In this document: positions 43,974 to 53,251 of the stretch, piece by piece
Numbering within the stretch: position 1 is the stretch's first letter
Layout of the letters: the number at the start of each line of letters is the position of its first letter
IMG/VR virus record: IMGVR_UViG_3300017963_000003
Location: 64,001-128,000 of that record
Reading direction: 5' to 3' (one strand)
Length of the DNA: 64,000 nucleotides
DNA from: a virus
The notes under the pieces: model-generated
Told to the model about the DNA's origin: nothing
The model's input: the letters and a program-made list of their open reading frames with translations, nothing else
Database searches by the model: none
Position numbers and translations under genes: made by a program

Positions 43974-44046
43974 GCCCGTGTAGGCCAACGGCAGAGTCGC
44001 TGGATCGAGGGTCCAGAGGTTGGTGGTTCGAATCCACTCACGGGCA
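43974..44046 (+). tRNA. tRNA-Leu(GAG), short variable loop
   Basis: CTGGA-TCGAGGG-TCCAG; 5-nt variable loop; clear paralogue of tRNA-Leu(CAG). Confidence 0.75.
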
Positions 44047-44050
44047 TTCT

Positions 44051-44137
44051 GGGAGCCGTCATAAGGCAGGCTGGGCCTACGGAGCGCTGTAAACGCTCTC
44101 CTCCACGAGGCACGTGGTTCGATTCCACCGGCTCCCA
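44051..44137 (+). tRNA. tRNA-Tyr(GTA), atypical D arm
   Basis: GAGCG-CTGTAAA-CGCTC; variable arm CCTC/GAGG; enlarged D region. Confidence 0.75.
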
Positions 44138-44144
44138 CCGCACG

Positions 44145-44664
44145 TCAAACCTCTACAACTACTTCGGGGTTCATCACTAGGATGCATTCGACGTCCCATC
44201 CGTACAAGTCTGGAGGTACGTCGTCACCTTCGCTGCCGTGCTGACGAGCATTACCGAATCGCGTGAGCCATTGACCTTCTTCGGTGAGGTAGATAACGTC
44301 CCAGAACTCTCGCATCCGCTCGAAGTCTATGAAAACGTGACGAGGGAGAACCCTGTCACTCCTGGAGGGGGTAAGCTCGGATCAGCGCCAAGAGATCTGT
44401 GTACCTGTGAACGGTCTTGACCCTACAGTGCGGGCAGAGCAGAAAGTCAAAATACTCCTCTAGGTCCTCTATGTGGAATTCTTCCTCTTCGCACCACTCC
44501 CTCCAAGGGTCCCTTTTCCTACCACGATCATCCTGATAGATCGGACCAGCCCAGAGACCACCAGAAGGCTTGCAGAACCTACGATTGGCTACCTCGTTGT
44601 ACTTCTGCATATCGAAACACGGAGAACCGTAGTGGCGGTATATGGTGCTCGGAGGGAGACGCAT
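44145..44664 (-). pseudogene. Conserved phage protein split by a +1 frameshift
   Basis: KPSGGLWAG...WREWC frame stops at 44356; the +1 frame continues IDFERMREFWDVIYLTEEG...LYGWDVECILVMNP; a C5 run lies at 44371-44367. Confidence 0.7.
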
Positions 44665-44898
44665 TCAAGGGGTCTCCGCCGAATGGACTATGAGCAACTG
44701 TAGACGGTGCGCCCCGTCCACGTAGGCCTTCCCGCTCGCATTCGCTTCCTCCGGGTAATGGATCTCGTGCCGAATTCCAGTAACACAGTCCCTGAAGTGC
44801 TCCTCTCCGTCGTGATACCCAACGACTTCGATCTTGAGATCGGGCGGCAGAACCTTGAGCACCTTCAACAGTTCATCAACCCTCAACGCCATCTCCAC
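44665..44898 (-). CDS. Small hypothetical protein (VDELLKVL...PPDL family)
   Basis: ORF track; similar to 60366-60695. Confidence 0.55.
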   Translation of the reverse strand: MEMALRVDELLKVLKVLPPDLKIEVVGYHDGEEHFRDCVTGIRHEIHYPEEANASGKAYVDGAHRLQLLIVHSAETP

Positions 44899-45490
44899 CC
44901 TCCTTTGCGTCTTCTATCTTTTCCTGAAGAGTACGTGTGTCGTGCTTTCCCTCGTTGAACTCTTCATGGAGACGCTGCTTCAACTCGGGGTCCTCGCTGC
45001 CGACGAGGAAGGGGTCGCCGTCCATGATTCCCGCAGCACGCTTGTTGACGACATACCCTCCAGGACCCTCCTGGAACATGTACTTCGACTCCACCTTGGC
45101 CTTGACCTGAACGAACTCCAGCTTCGACATCGAACTCCGTAGCTTGTTGTAGGACTTCCCCAGAGCGCCTATCGCCTTGTGCTGCCGCTCGATGGTCTGC
45201 CGTTGGCCGGAGAGCTGCTCCTCGAAGAATTCGCACGCTCGCTGGAGACGATCAACCCGGCGACGAAGAGCGCAGTTCTCGTTTCGCAGCTCTTCTTCCC
45301 TACGGCGTTGATGCTCGCATGCGCAAGGATCGTCTGGGTAGCTCGTGCTGCTGCACTTTGAACACTCGTGATCACTCACCGTCCACCCCCCTCCATCGCG
45401 AATACGTGCCAGACAAGACGACCCTTGGCCATCTGGAAAGAGCCGTAGTGGCCCCCCACGTTTTCCTTCAGAGGGTGTCCGGTTCCGCAC
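44876..45490 (-). CDS. Coiled-coil protein with CSKC motif; true start probably near 45379
   Basis: ORF track; the 5-prime part overlaps the upstream gene. Confidence 0.5.
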   Translation of the reverse strand: MRNRTPSEGKRGGPLRLFPDGQGSSCLARIRDGGGWTVSDHECSKCSSTSYPDDPCACEHQRRREEELRNENCALRRRVDRLQRACEFFEEQLSGQRQTIERQHKAIGALGKSYNKLRSSMSKLEFVQVKAKVESKYMFQEGPGGYVVNKRAAGIMDGDPFLVGSEDPELKQRLHEEFNEGKHDTRTLQEKIEDAKEGGDGVEG

Positions 45491-45675
45491 AAGCGAAATC
45501 GTCGACGCTCCATCGGGGCCTCAGTGTCGACACGCGCCCACATGCAAGCCTGCTCGGCAGACGCTAGCGAATACACCGGCTGGGACTCGACGACGAGGAT
45601 TTCGGCACCCTCGGGCATCTCCAGCTCAACGATGTCGGAGATCTGGAACGGGAACTTCCCCACAGTCTGCATCAC
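45376..45675 (-). CDS. Conserved phage hypothetical protein
   Basis: LEMPEGAEILVV...MWARVD...RFRLCGTGHP...LVWHVF. Confidence 0.7.
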   Translation of the reverse strand: MMQTVGKFPFQISDIVELEMPEGAEILVVESQPVYSLASAEQACMWARVDTEAPMERRRFRLCGTGHPLKENVGGHYGSFQMAKGRLVWHVFAMEGGGR

Positions 45676-46037
45676 TGGCCCTCCTTTTCCTCTTCCGAGC
45701 GCTCCTCCAGGAGCTGATTGAGACGCTTCGTGTAGCGCAGAGCCTCGTCTGTATCGAACGCCTCAATCACACTCAGCAGTTCTGACTCCCTCCACAGATC
45801 CTTCACCCACTGCATCATGAAATTTCGCCCTTCGGGGCGCATCATCATCGCATCGAAGCTCTTTGTAGGCGTAGGAGGATGATGTTGGAGCCAGCAGAGC
45901 TGACACGCAATGAGCCCCTCTCTGGCCGTTACACCACTCCCCTTCGTGTCGCGCCCACAGTACGGGCAAGGTTGTTTCTTTTTCGTCATCTCAAGCCTCC
46001 TCCCCGTACTGCCCTTCTTGATCTGGAGCATCGACAC
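45672..46037 (-). CDS. Zn-finger hypothetical protein
   Basis: CPYC...CQLC. Confidence 0.55.
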   Translation of the reverse strand: MSMLQIKKGSTGRRLEMTKKKQPCPYCGRDTKGSGVTAREGLIACQLCWLQHHPPTPTKSFDAMMMRPEGRNFMMQWVKDLWRESELLSVIEAFDTDEALRYTKRLNQLLEERSEEEKEGQ

Positions 46038-46434
46038 CCTCTCCCAAGTTCAGCCGGGCCAACTCTTTCCCCGTCTCGCAAATGAATTTCTTCATCCTTT
46101 TCTGAATGGTCTCGGCGGCTTCAATCGATTTTTCAAGAAGTTCTTTTCTAGTGCGGAACCAGGGGCCGATGTCATCACCGGTCTCTTCGACCAAAACGTG
46201 CGCCTCCAGCTTTTCTCGACACTTCCATAGTACTAGCCAAGGATGGCCTGGCATCGTTGAATACATAGCGCCCTGGTTGTCGTGCCTCAGGTACTCGAAC
46301 TGTGCATCCATAAGATCGAGACTCTGAGTGTCCAAGACAAAAATCTTTTCCGGAGCCCATTCTGGTCTTTCACCCACGGCGCTACACCCAACCCTTCTTC
46401 TCGGCCCACCATTCAGTAACCATGAGAACCCCAT
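45991..46434 (-). CDS. Hypothetical protein
   Basis: ORF track; start uncertain. Confidence 0.45.
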   Translation of the reverse strand: MGFSWLLNGGPRRRVGCSAVGERPEWAPEKIFVLDTQSLDLMDAQFEYLRHDNQGAMYSTMPGHPWLVLWKCREKLEAHVLVEETGDDIGPWFRTRKELLEKSIEAAETIQKRMKKFICETGKELARLNLGEGVDAPDQEGQYGEEA

Positions 46435-46594
46435 CGTCTCCCTTCCGCCACACGTCGCTGTCTTCGGTTATCTGGCTCTGTGGTATCCATTCAGGCTCGT
46501 CGAAGTCTGGAGCCTCCACCAAAATGGCCGTCTCCGTCTCCGCCGTACACTCTGCGTCTTCTATCCTGAAATCAGTCATCGTACTCTTCCTCAA
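46382..46594 (-). CDS. Conserved small phage protein
   Basis: AETETAILVE...EWIPQSQI...VTEWWAEKKG. Confidence 0.7.
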   Translation of the reverse strand: MRKSTMTDFRIEDAECTAETETAILVEAPDFDEPEWIPQSQITEDSDVWRKGDDGVLMVTEWWAEKKGWV

Positions 46595-47354
46595 GCGCCA
46601 TTATCAAGCGCTGCATGTCGGCCTTGTAGAAGCCCGCACAGTTGATACATCCGCACTCAACGATCTTCCAGCCGGTCTCGGTGAGTGCAACATCCATCAC
46701 GAACGACCGGGCTAGGCAGAACCGGTTGATCATCTTCTCGCAGAACCACGACGCCTCAGGAGGAACATCGATACTGAAGAACGGGCGGCCCCCGAGCTTG
46801 TAGCAGCTCTGCGCGGCGATTTTGGCCCCTACGACCCAGAAACGGTACTCCTGCCGTACCCGCTTCACCGGGGCCACCTGGATAGGCGTCTCGTCCCTCA
46901 AGGACGTAACCAGCCCTCCGCCCTTAACACCCTGCTGGTGATCGTAGCGGAACTTCATCCAGGAGGTCATATTGAAGACCCCTCCGTTGAACTCCTTGCC
47001 GTCACCACACGGACGAATGAAGTAGTTACCTATCGGCCAGGGAAAGTCCTCACCGAACAGGTAGACGTTGGAATCGAAATTGAGGAGGTAGTGTTGGTAA
47101 TGGTTCCGGTACACTAGAAAGTTGTGGTTCGGGGACAGCACCACCCCCGGCACCCAACCAAGTTTCGACGCCAGCCGGGCCAGCTTCAACGACCCGAACA
47201 CGAAAACGTCCTTACGGTCGGTCTGGAACTCGAACTCCTCGACGAACGGCAAGACCCTTACAACCTCCCAATCGAGTCCGAGCCTCTCTAAGGTATCGGT
47301 GAGAGAGTCATAGCCTTCCTCGCGAAAGACGTTTTCTTGGATGACGTAGTACAT
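46572..47354 (-). CDS. ATP-grasp domain protein (DUF4343/R2K-like)
   Basis: VFVFGS...YFIRPCGDGKEFNGGV...QEYRFWVVG...FVMDVA...IVECGCIN. Confidence 0.8.
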   Translation of the reverse strand: MYYVIQENVFREEGYDSLTDTLERLGLDWEVVRVLPFVEEFEFQTDRKDVFVFGSLKLARLASKLGWVPGVVLSPNHNFLVYRNHYQHYLLNFDSNVYLFGEDFPWPIGNYFIRPCGDGKEFNGGVFNMTSWMKFRYDHQQGVKGGGLVTSLRDETPIQVAPVKRVRQEYRFWVVGAKIAAQSCYKLGGRPFFSIDVPPEASWFCEKMINRFCLARSFVMDVALTETGWKIVECGCINCAGFYKADMQRLIMALEEEYDD

Positions 47355-47376
47355 CAGTTCACGGTCCAGTCACCAT

Positions 47377-47556
47377 TCACCCCTTCGTGTTGCTTGTGAA
47401 ACTCCAGATCAGAGCAACCAACCAACCGATTACGCTCCACCCGAAGAAGAGGTTGACCAGCAGGATAGGGCCTCCGTTGTTGTGCTTGCGTGCCGCCGCC
47501 ACAACCGTCGGGAGGAAGTAAAGAAAAACGAAAAGAATGACCGTACCAGTACCCAT
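47377..47556 (-). CDS. imm: Superinfection immunity protein (T4 Imm-like), not in the ORF track
   Basis: Hand translation MGTGTVILFVFLYFLPTVVAAARKHNNGGPILLVNLFFGWSVIGWLVALIWSFTSNTKG; GGAGG RBS; matches the family pattern YFLPT..A..RKH.N..I..N...GW..IGW..ALIW. Confidence 0.85.
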   Translation of the reverse strand: MGTGTVILFVFLYFLPTVVAAARKHNNGGPILLVNLFFGWSVIGWLVALIWSFTSNTKG

Positions 47557-47568
47557 ACCAAACCTCCC

Positions 47569-47763
47569 TTATCCAACCTTCACTGCCTGAATCTTCGCTA
47601 CCGCCCACGGAGGGTGCTCCCGCGTCATCTCGTGGGTAACTCGGAAATAGACGTCCTTACGGTCGACCCCGAGCATCTCAGCCACTTCGCGCTCGGTGAG
47701 GACCAGCTCAGCCACGATCTGTTCTTTCTTGGGCTCTTTTGGGTAGTCGTACTTCGGCATCAA
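47569..47763 (-). CDS. Small hypothetical protein
   Basis: ORF track. Confidence 0.55.
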   Translation of the reverse strand: MMPKYDYPKEPKKEQIVAELVLTEREVAEMLGVDRKDVYFRVTHEMTREHPPWAVAKIQAVKVG

Positions 47764-47978
47764 AACACCTTGACCTCAGCGTAGCCCGTCCCGTTCTCGG
47801 ACTTCACGTAGAGCTTCCCTTGCGTGCACAGCCACATCAGGTTGATCGACCGACGGACCACCTCGGCGTTGGAAGACATGTCGAGACTTTCTCGAATCTC
47901 GCGAACTCTCTCCATCTGTAGAGCAGAGAAGTCGAACTGCACCCGTGAGTAGCCTCCCTTTCGAGCCGGCTTAGGCAT
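47760..47978 (-). CDS. Ribbon-helix-helix (CopG-like) regulator
   Basis: RVQFDFSALQMERVREIRESLDMSSNAEVVRRSI. Confidence 0.7.
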   Translation of the reverse strand: MPKPARKGGYSRVQFDFSALQMERVREIRESLDMSSNAEVVRRSINLMWLCTQGKLYVKSENGTGYAEVKVF

Positions 47979-48370
47979 CCTCGTCCTCCGTGATCGTCCG
48001 GTCGACGTGAGCAAGGTCGTCGGCCACCCGCTCAACCAGCTCTCGCGTGATGTCATCGTTGGACAGCTTGGTGTTCCCGTAAGCAAAGCTCCTGCGCTGC
48101 GCCTCACGCTCTTCGTCAGAGATCGTGCGTTCGAAGGGCTCAACCGTGACGGGCACCTCCGTAGCAACGACATCTTCATCCGCCGAAGCAGGCATCGCGT
48201 GTTCACGGCCGATAGGGTAGATCTCGCCTGCGTCTAGACGACGGTCTAGTTCATCGTCATCGATGCTCAAAGCGTCTTTGAGCGCCTCCCTGACGGCCAT
48301 CGCCATCCCACAGATACACGACCCCTTGTCGATGAAACCCCCGCATTCCGGACATCGCACGTACTCAGAC
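47971..48370 (-). CDS. Hypothetical protein with N-terminal CPEC Zn ribbon
   Basis: From MSEYVRCPECG within ORF 47971..48504. Confidence 0.5.
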
Positions 48371-48379
48371 ATCTGCGCC

Positions 48380-48673
48380 TCAACCCCCCTTGTACGGCGG
48401 CATTCCGTCAATGACGTACTCGCCGTCCGGGTTGTCCATCTCTTCGGAGCAGCAGTAACCGGGATCATCCGGGTCCCAGCCTTCTGCAAGCGTGGAGACG
48501 TCAATCGACGTATCCGGTGACTCTGAGGTCGTCTCGGGCTCCTCGATTTCGTCGAGAAGCTCGATCACACCAGCCGCCAGCAACATCGTACTCTCCAGGG
48601 GAACCGGCCCGTGGAGAGTCTCGCCCATGAGGCCCTCAGCCAGTTTCCTGAGATCCTTGCGGTTCGTCTTCAT
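48380..48673 (-). CDS. Hypothetical protein
   Basis: ORF track. Confidence 0.55.
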   Translation of the reverse strand: MKTNRKDLRKLAEGLMGETLHGPVPLESTMLLAAGVIELLDEIEEPETTSESPDTSIDVSTLAEGWDPDDPGYCCSEEMDNPDGEYVIDGMPPYKGG

Positions 48674-49040
48674 CGTCGTCCTCCCACCATTCCTCGATCA
48701 TCCCACACACGCGCTCTCGGGCACGCGGAGTCAATTCCACCAGACAGTCGAAGTCCACATCCGGGGCAGCACAGAAGTGCTCCGTCAGAAGCTCCCAGAG
48801 ACCTCCGTAGACGTACCCTTCGCAGAAAAACACGTCACGGACACTCAGGCAGTCCTTGCAGGTCTTGAAGGTGTGCGTGGACCCGTCCCAGACCCCGAAG
48901 ACGTGTTCGTAGTCTTCACCGGCTCCGATAGTCCGCGAGCAGTCCGTGCACTTGTGCTCCTTCCGAGCCTTGCGTACCTTCGAGTCTGTGAAATCCGCAG
49001 GGTCGTAGTCCCCGACATAGACACAGGAGCATGCATCCAT
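48636..49040 (-). CDS. Conserved phage Zn-binding protein
   Basis: RKARKEHKCTDC...VWDG...KTCKDC. Confidence 0.7.
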   Translation of the reverse strand: MDACSCVYVGDYDPADFTDSKVRKARKEHKCTDCSRTIGAGEDYEHVFGVWDGSTHTFKTCKDCLSVRDVFFCEGYVYGGLWELLTEHFCAAPDVDFDCLVELTPRARERVCGMIEEWWEDDDEDEPQGSQETG

Positions 49041-49280
49041 CTACTCACCTCCTAGCTGAGTCTTGGTGAACTTGCCCATCATCACAGGGACTACCGTAAC
49101 GGTCTCTCCCATACTGCTGAGCTGGCGAGCCTGGTGCTCGGCTTCCTTCAGGGTGTGGAAGCCTCCGGGGCAGCAAGAATCGATCTTGATGGTCCCCTCC
49201 GTAGAGATGCTGACCACCAATACGATGTACACCATACTGCTCACGCTCTCCTCCCGTACAACCCACTTACAAGCCTCGCC

Positions 49281-49309
49281 TATATAGCATAGGCGAGTGG
49301 ACAAGTCAA
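49281..49309 (-). promoter_or_regulatory. Class I early promoter TTGACT-N17-TATATA with a palindrome over the -10
   Basis: CTCGCCTAT-atagc-ATAGGCGAG inverted repeat at 49275-49297; GTTGTACGGG box at 49262-49253. Confidence 0.7.
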
Positions 49310-49319
49310 CTATAAAGAG

Positions 49320-49613
49320 CTAGTCGCGATCCAAGATCTCGACGATGCGGTCCGCAGGGACCTCCAAATGGTCTTTCTGGTAGCCCTCACAGAGCTTTCG
49401 AATCTGGTCGAGCTTCACCCTGATCCGGAACAACTCACCGGCCTGCACGCCATTGAACTGCTCGCGGGGGACGATGGCGTAACCGTCCAGGTGCGCCACC
49501 GCGACCTCGACCGGTTCCCGTGTCTCGGGATCGATCATCATGCAGCCCGTAAACAAGATCTCATCAGGCCTTCTTGCCGCGATGTGGCAGTTCACCACTC
49601 TAGACTTCCTCAC
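49320..49613 (-). CDS. Hypothetical protein
   Basis: ORF track. Confidence 0.55.
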   Translation of the reverse strand: MRKSRVVNCHIAARRPDEILFTGCMMIDPETREPVEVAVAHLDGYAIVPREQFNGVQAGELFRIRVKLDQIRKLCEGYQKDHLEVPADRIVEILDRD

Positions 49614-50344
49614 GAGTTTCCCTCCTTGGCTGCTAGGAACCCTCGGGGGATAACGGGGTTCCGCATCTCGATCTCACCCACGCCTGCACACTTCGTGCAC
49701 TTGTTATAGATCTTCCGGATGTCCTTCTTGGGGACTTCGACCGTACCGTGCCCGTCACAAGCGTTGCAGGTCTGCCCCACCTTGTCCGTGCCGGGGATGT
49801 ACCTGGCCCGACGGAGAAAGTCGAAAGCAGACCGCGCGGAGTACTGCTTCTTCTTCCTTGGGTAGAACCAACCGGTACCCTTGCAGAGATAGCACTCCCC
49901 GGAAACCTTACCCGTCTTGGGATGCTTGTACTTACCGTCACCGCCGCACTTGCGACACGGGTACCGTACGAGACCACCGCCTCCGCACTTCTCGCACGTG
50001 GCAGTCTCGTATCCGACGGTCTTCGTGAACTCCTGGTACCCCCGACCTTGGCAGGTCTCGCAGGTCCTGGCAGACGTCGTGAGAGGGTAGCCATGACCCA
50101 ACTCCACCAGAGGTGTCCCATCGACGGTAGAAAGGGCCTTGTCGGTCCCGGAAGCCCCGGTAGCAGAGACATGCCCCTCTAGCGTAGAAAAGGCCGCCTG
50201 AAGCTCCTGAAAGGCCTCCCCTGAGCCTCCGGTGTCGGGATGGGCGAGCAGGGACTGCTTTCGGAAAGCCGACTTCAGCTCTGTGAAGGTGAACTTGGCG
50301 TCCACCGAGAAACCCAGCAATTCCCTGGCACGAAGCTCCTTCAC
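49610..50344 (-). CDS. DnaJ-like protein (J domain plus Cys-rich zinc finger)
   Basis: J-domain HPD (AHPDTGG) and six CxxCxGxG repeats; no DnaJ C-terminal substrate domain. Confidence 0.85.
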   Translation of the reverse strand: MKELRARELLGFSVDAKFTFTELKSAFRKQSLLAHPDTGGSGEAFQELQAAFSTLEGHVSATGASGTDKALSTVDGTPLVELGHGYPLTTSARTCETCQGRGYQEFTKTVGYETATCEKCGGGGLVRYPCRKCGGDGKYKHPKTGKVSGECYLCKGTGWFYPRKKKQYSARSAFDFLRRARYIPGTDKVGQTCNACDGHGTVEVPKKDIRKIYNKCTKCAGVGEIEMRNPVIPRGFLAAKEGNS

Positions 50345-52029
50345 GGGGAGGTGCTCCCGTCTTTCAGGCCCGGACGGTCTTTCTCGGAGTCGACAATCGT
50401 GACGGGTGCGAGACCCAGCACGGTCCCTTTGGGGATCACCACATCACCCACCGCCGTGCGAACTTCCACCGTGACCTCAGGATCGACGTACCGCTGGCGG
50501 GGGTAGTTGCGCTCGCACCATTGACCGAGAAAGAAAGCCCCGATCAGCGCAGCGGGAAAGACCAGTAGGATGACCCAGAAGAGCACTACTGGGCCTTCGA
50601 CGACAGACGAAGCTGTACGCAATCAGCCGGTGTGGTCAACTCTATCTCACGACTGATTTGCAAACCATGCTTGTCTACGGCCGCGACCCGGTCGACGATC
50701 TTGCCGTCAGGGCTCGTGAAGGTCTTCCCCACGTAGGGCGTGAACAGCTCGACCATCTTTTCCGGGTACCTCGCGCACTCCCACAGCATCTCCCGGTAGA
50801 CTTCCCACTCTGCCTTCTTCTTAGCCATCCTACTCCTCCACGGGTTCGATCTGCACATTGAGCCCTTCGCCGCTCTCTTCGTCTTGCGCTGCGAAATTGA
50901 TCAAATCTTCCCAGTTACCGAGGTCGGCTTCAGCCATCTCCTTCGGATCAGCTGTCCCATAGAACTTCGGGTTAGCCTCGTACTCATAGGTCACTGTCAG
51001 CCGCAGCTTCGTCATCTTGGGGTTCCCTCCATTTCTAGGTACTCTTCAAGGATCTCTTCCGGATCAGTCTTGCTGTTCGGATTCTTACCCTCCGACCACC
51101 GCCACTGACCGATCTCGTCTGCCATCATCCGCGCGATTTTTTCCCACCTTTTGGCCTCCCCGCGAATATAGATCATCTTCCCCTCGACACGTTGAGACAC
51201 GACGGCATGCGCGAACTGAGAGTCCTTGCGGTAACGGGAAACGTCCTTGATCGCCTGGGCCAGATCCGCCTCGGCTGCCTCGGCGCGCTTCCGGTACCCC
51301 GCAATGAGTTCTGATGCATCGAGCCTGAACTGGATATTTCCGTGGCCCATCTCAGTCCTCCGCTGACCACCACACGTACGCGGTCTCGTAGGTCGGGATG
51401 GGTACACCATGGAGATAGGACATGTACTCCAGCTTGACGTACTTCTCGTTATCTTGCCTGCGGCATCCGGAAAGGATATCCCCCATCACCATTAGCTCGT
51501 CTTCCAGATCCAGCATTATCTCATCGCACACAGACTGCTTCGAGTGGGTTACGTAGGCGTCGATGTCATCGTAGCATTCGTCGAGTTCCGACTCCAGAGA
51601 CTCCTCCTCTTGACGACAACGTCTGAGTTTCTTCAAGCTCTCCTCATGTCCCTTAGAGAGGTCCTTGAGCTTCTTCTGTACACGGCTCAATCGATCCGCG
51701 ATCAGACGTCGAGGTTCCCCACAGAACCCATGAGCCTCACACCACAGCTCTTCGTCCGTGGCCGGAGGCAGCTTCATGTCCTTTTCCAGCTCAGCGACTC
51801 TGCACTCCACAGATACTTCCTCGCGAAGCTCCTCCTTGAAGTCTTCGGTCTTCCACTGCGAGTAACCGTAGATCACTCCACAGGTAGCGCCGCCAGCCAG
51901 CACCAGGACGATCAACGACGCTACAATATCACTGACGTCTCTTGCCCCGGCGTCATCGCGCTCCCTGTCATCCGTCCGGCTGACAACAGAACCACAATGC
52001 TGGCATTTCAGGCTACCCATTCGGCCCAC
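50341..52029 (-). other. Run of five small early hypothetical genes (50341-50622, 50586-50858, 50830-51015, 51012-51350, 51352-52029)
   Basis: ORF track; tight or overlapping junctions; first and last carry TM helices. Confidence 0.55.
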
Positions 52030-52780
52030 CCTTCATCGGTATCGGACCTTCCCCGTTGGCCCACTGACGTAGCTCCTCTACGGTGAACCAACCGCAGTTG
52101 TTCTCACGCTGCCGTCGAGGGTTCAGCCATGTCCGTACCACCCCGTCATCACCTCTGTGGAGCGTAGTGCCCATCGAGTACCAGTGGCATCCTGCGGTCT
52201 TCAGAACCTCTTCCAGGTCCCCCGCAGCGAGAACCCACGCGTCCCTGATCGCAATGCGCTCCAGATCGTCCCTCCTCCACTTGTCTAGAATCTTCTGGGA
52301 AACACGACTGGCGATGAGGATCATCAGCCCGCTACCCGCGAAGGGGTTCCGGGAACCAGATAGACAGACAAAAGCGTCCTTGTCCCGCAACGCATCGAAG
52401 ATCTCATCGAGCCGACGAAGACCGACTGGATCACGGGCGAGAAGAGCAAGCGACTCCTCGTTCCACGCACACGCCAGGTCATTGTCGTAGAAGTTCAGCT
52501 CTCCGAAATGGACTTCTCGAACCTCTCTGTCCCACAACGGTCTCGTATACGCGAAACCCTTTCCTTGCGGGTTATCTATCTTGCGGAGACCCGCCTCGGG
52601 GGTCTTGGTCACCCGGATAGCGTCAGCGCCCACGACATCCGGGTCCGTCCCGACCCCAAAAGCCTCCTTGATGTGCTTGATACCTACCTCGTGCTCGGCG
52701 CAGTAATCGTAACCCAATGAGACGCCGACGAACGTACCGTTCTCGACGATAAAGGACATCTCCCTCGTTGTTGCGCGCAT
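52013..52780 (-). CDS. Conserved hypothetical protein
   Basis: ORF track; GGAGG RBS; first gene after the promoter at 52845. Confidence 0.7.
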   Translation of the reverse strand: MRATTREMSFIVENGTFVGVSLGYDYCAEHEVGIKHIKEAFGVGTDPDVVGADAIRVTKTPEAGLRKIDNPQGKGFAYTRPLWDREVREVHFGELNFYDNDLACAWNEESLALLARDPVGLRRLDEIFDALRDKDAFVCLSGSRNPFAGSGLMILIASRVSQKILDKWRRDDLERIAIRDAWVLAAGDLEEVLKTAGCHWYSMGTTLHRGDDGVVRTWLNPRRQRENNCGWFTVEELRQWANGEGPIPMKGGPNG

Positions 52781-52816
52781 TGTGCCCTCCGTAGCAAGTC
52801 CCGTACAACTCTCATA

Positions 52817-52845
52817 GCTATATCATAGGCTCACTAGCCTGTCAA
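52817..52845 (-). promoter_or_regulatory. Class I early promoter TTGACA-N17-TATAGC
   Basis: Extended TG; GTTGTACGGG box at 52809-52800. Confidence 0.75.
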
Positions 52846-52867
52846 CCCTAAAGCACCCCGTGCCAAG

Positions 52868-53251
52868 CTATTTTCGGGGACGTACCCGTTTGAGGAGCAC
52901 CTGCACGACAGTCGTACCGTCCTCCGCCGCGCAGTCCCACATCGCAGCCAGCTCCCATCCGCGAGCCCCCTCCCCGTTTAGGATGCACGGGAGATCGTTA
53001 GACTCCGTGAGAACCATCTGCATCCTCCGGTACTGGATCAATGGAGTCTCAGAGTCGTAGTAAGTCGTGCACAGCTCACAGAGCCGATGCAACTTACGAC
53101 CGCCCGAGATCTGAATCGGCGTCAACCGATCTTTGATGTGCTCGTCACAGAAGCGCGCCCCGCAGTCGTCGCACATGTGTATACCGAAGGAATCTGTAGT
53201 AGCGTAACACCCTGGATGCGCGCACACCAGGGACGGCTTGTCCTTAGACAT
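52868..53251 (-). CDS. Zn-finger protein with DUF4177-like C-terminus
   Basis: CAHPGC...CDDC...FCDEH; LNGEGARGWEL. Confidence 0.6.
   Translation of the reverse strand: MSKDKPSLVCAHPGCYATTDSFGIHMCDDCGARFCDEHIKDRLTPIQISGGRKLHRLCELCTTYYDSETPLIQYRRMQMVLTESNDLPCILNGEGARGWELAAMWDCAAEDGTTVVQVLLKRVRPRK

Noticed and set aside
42764-44137. tRNA cluster as a prophage attachment site, or evidence for stop-codon recoding
   Set aside because: No integrase, att-like duplication or host genes; no suppressor anticodons, and long genes read through without in-frame stops.
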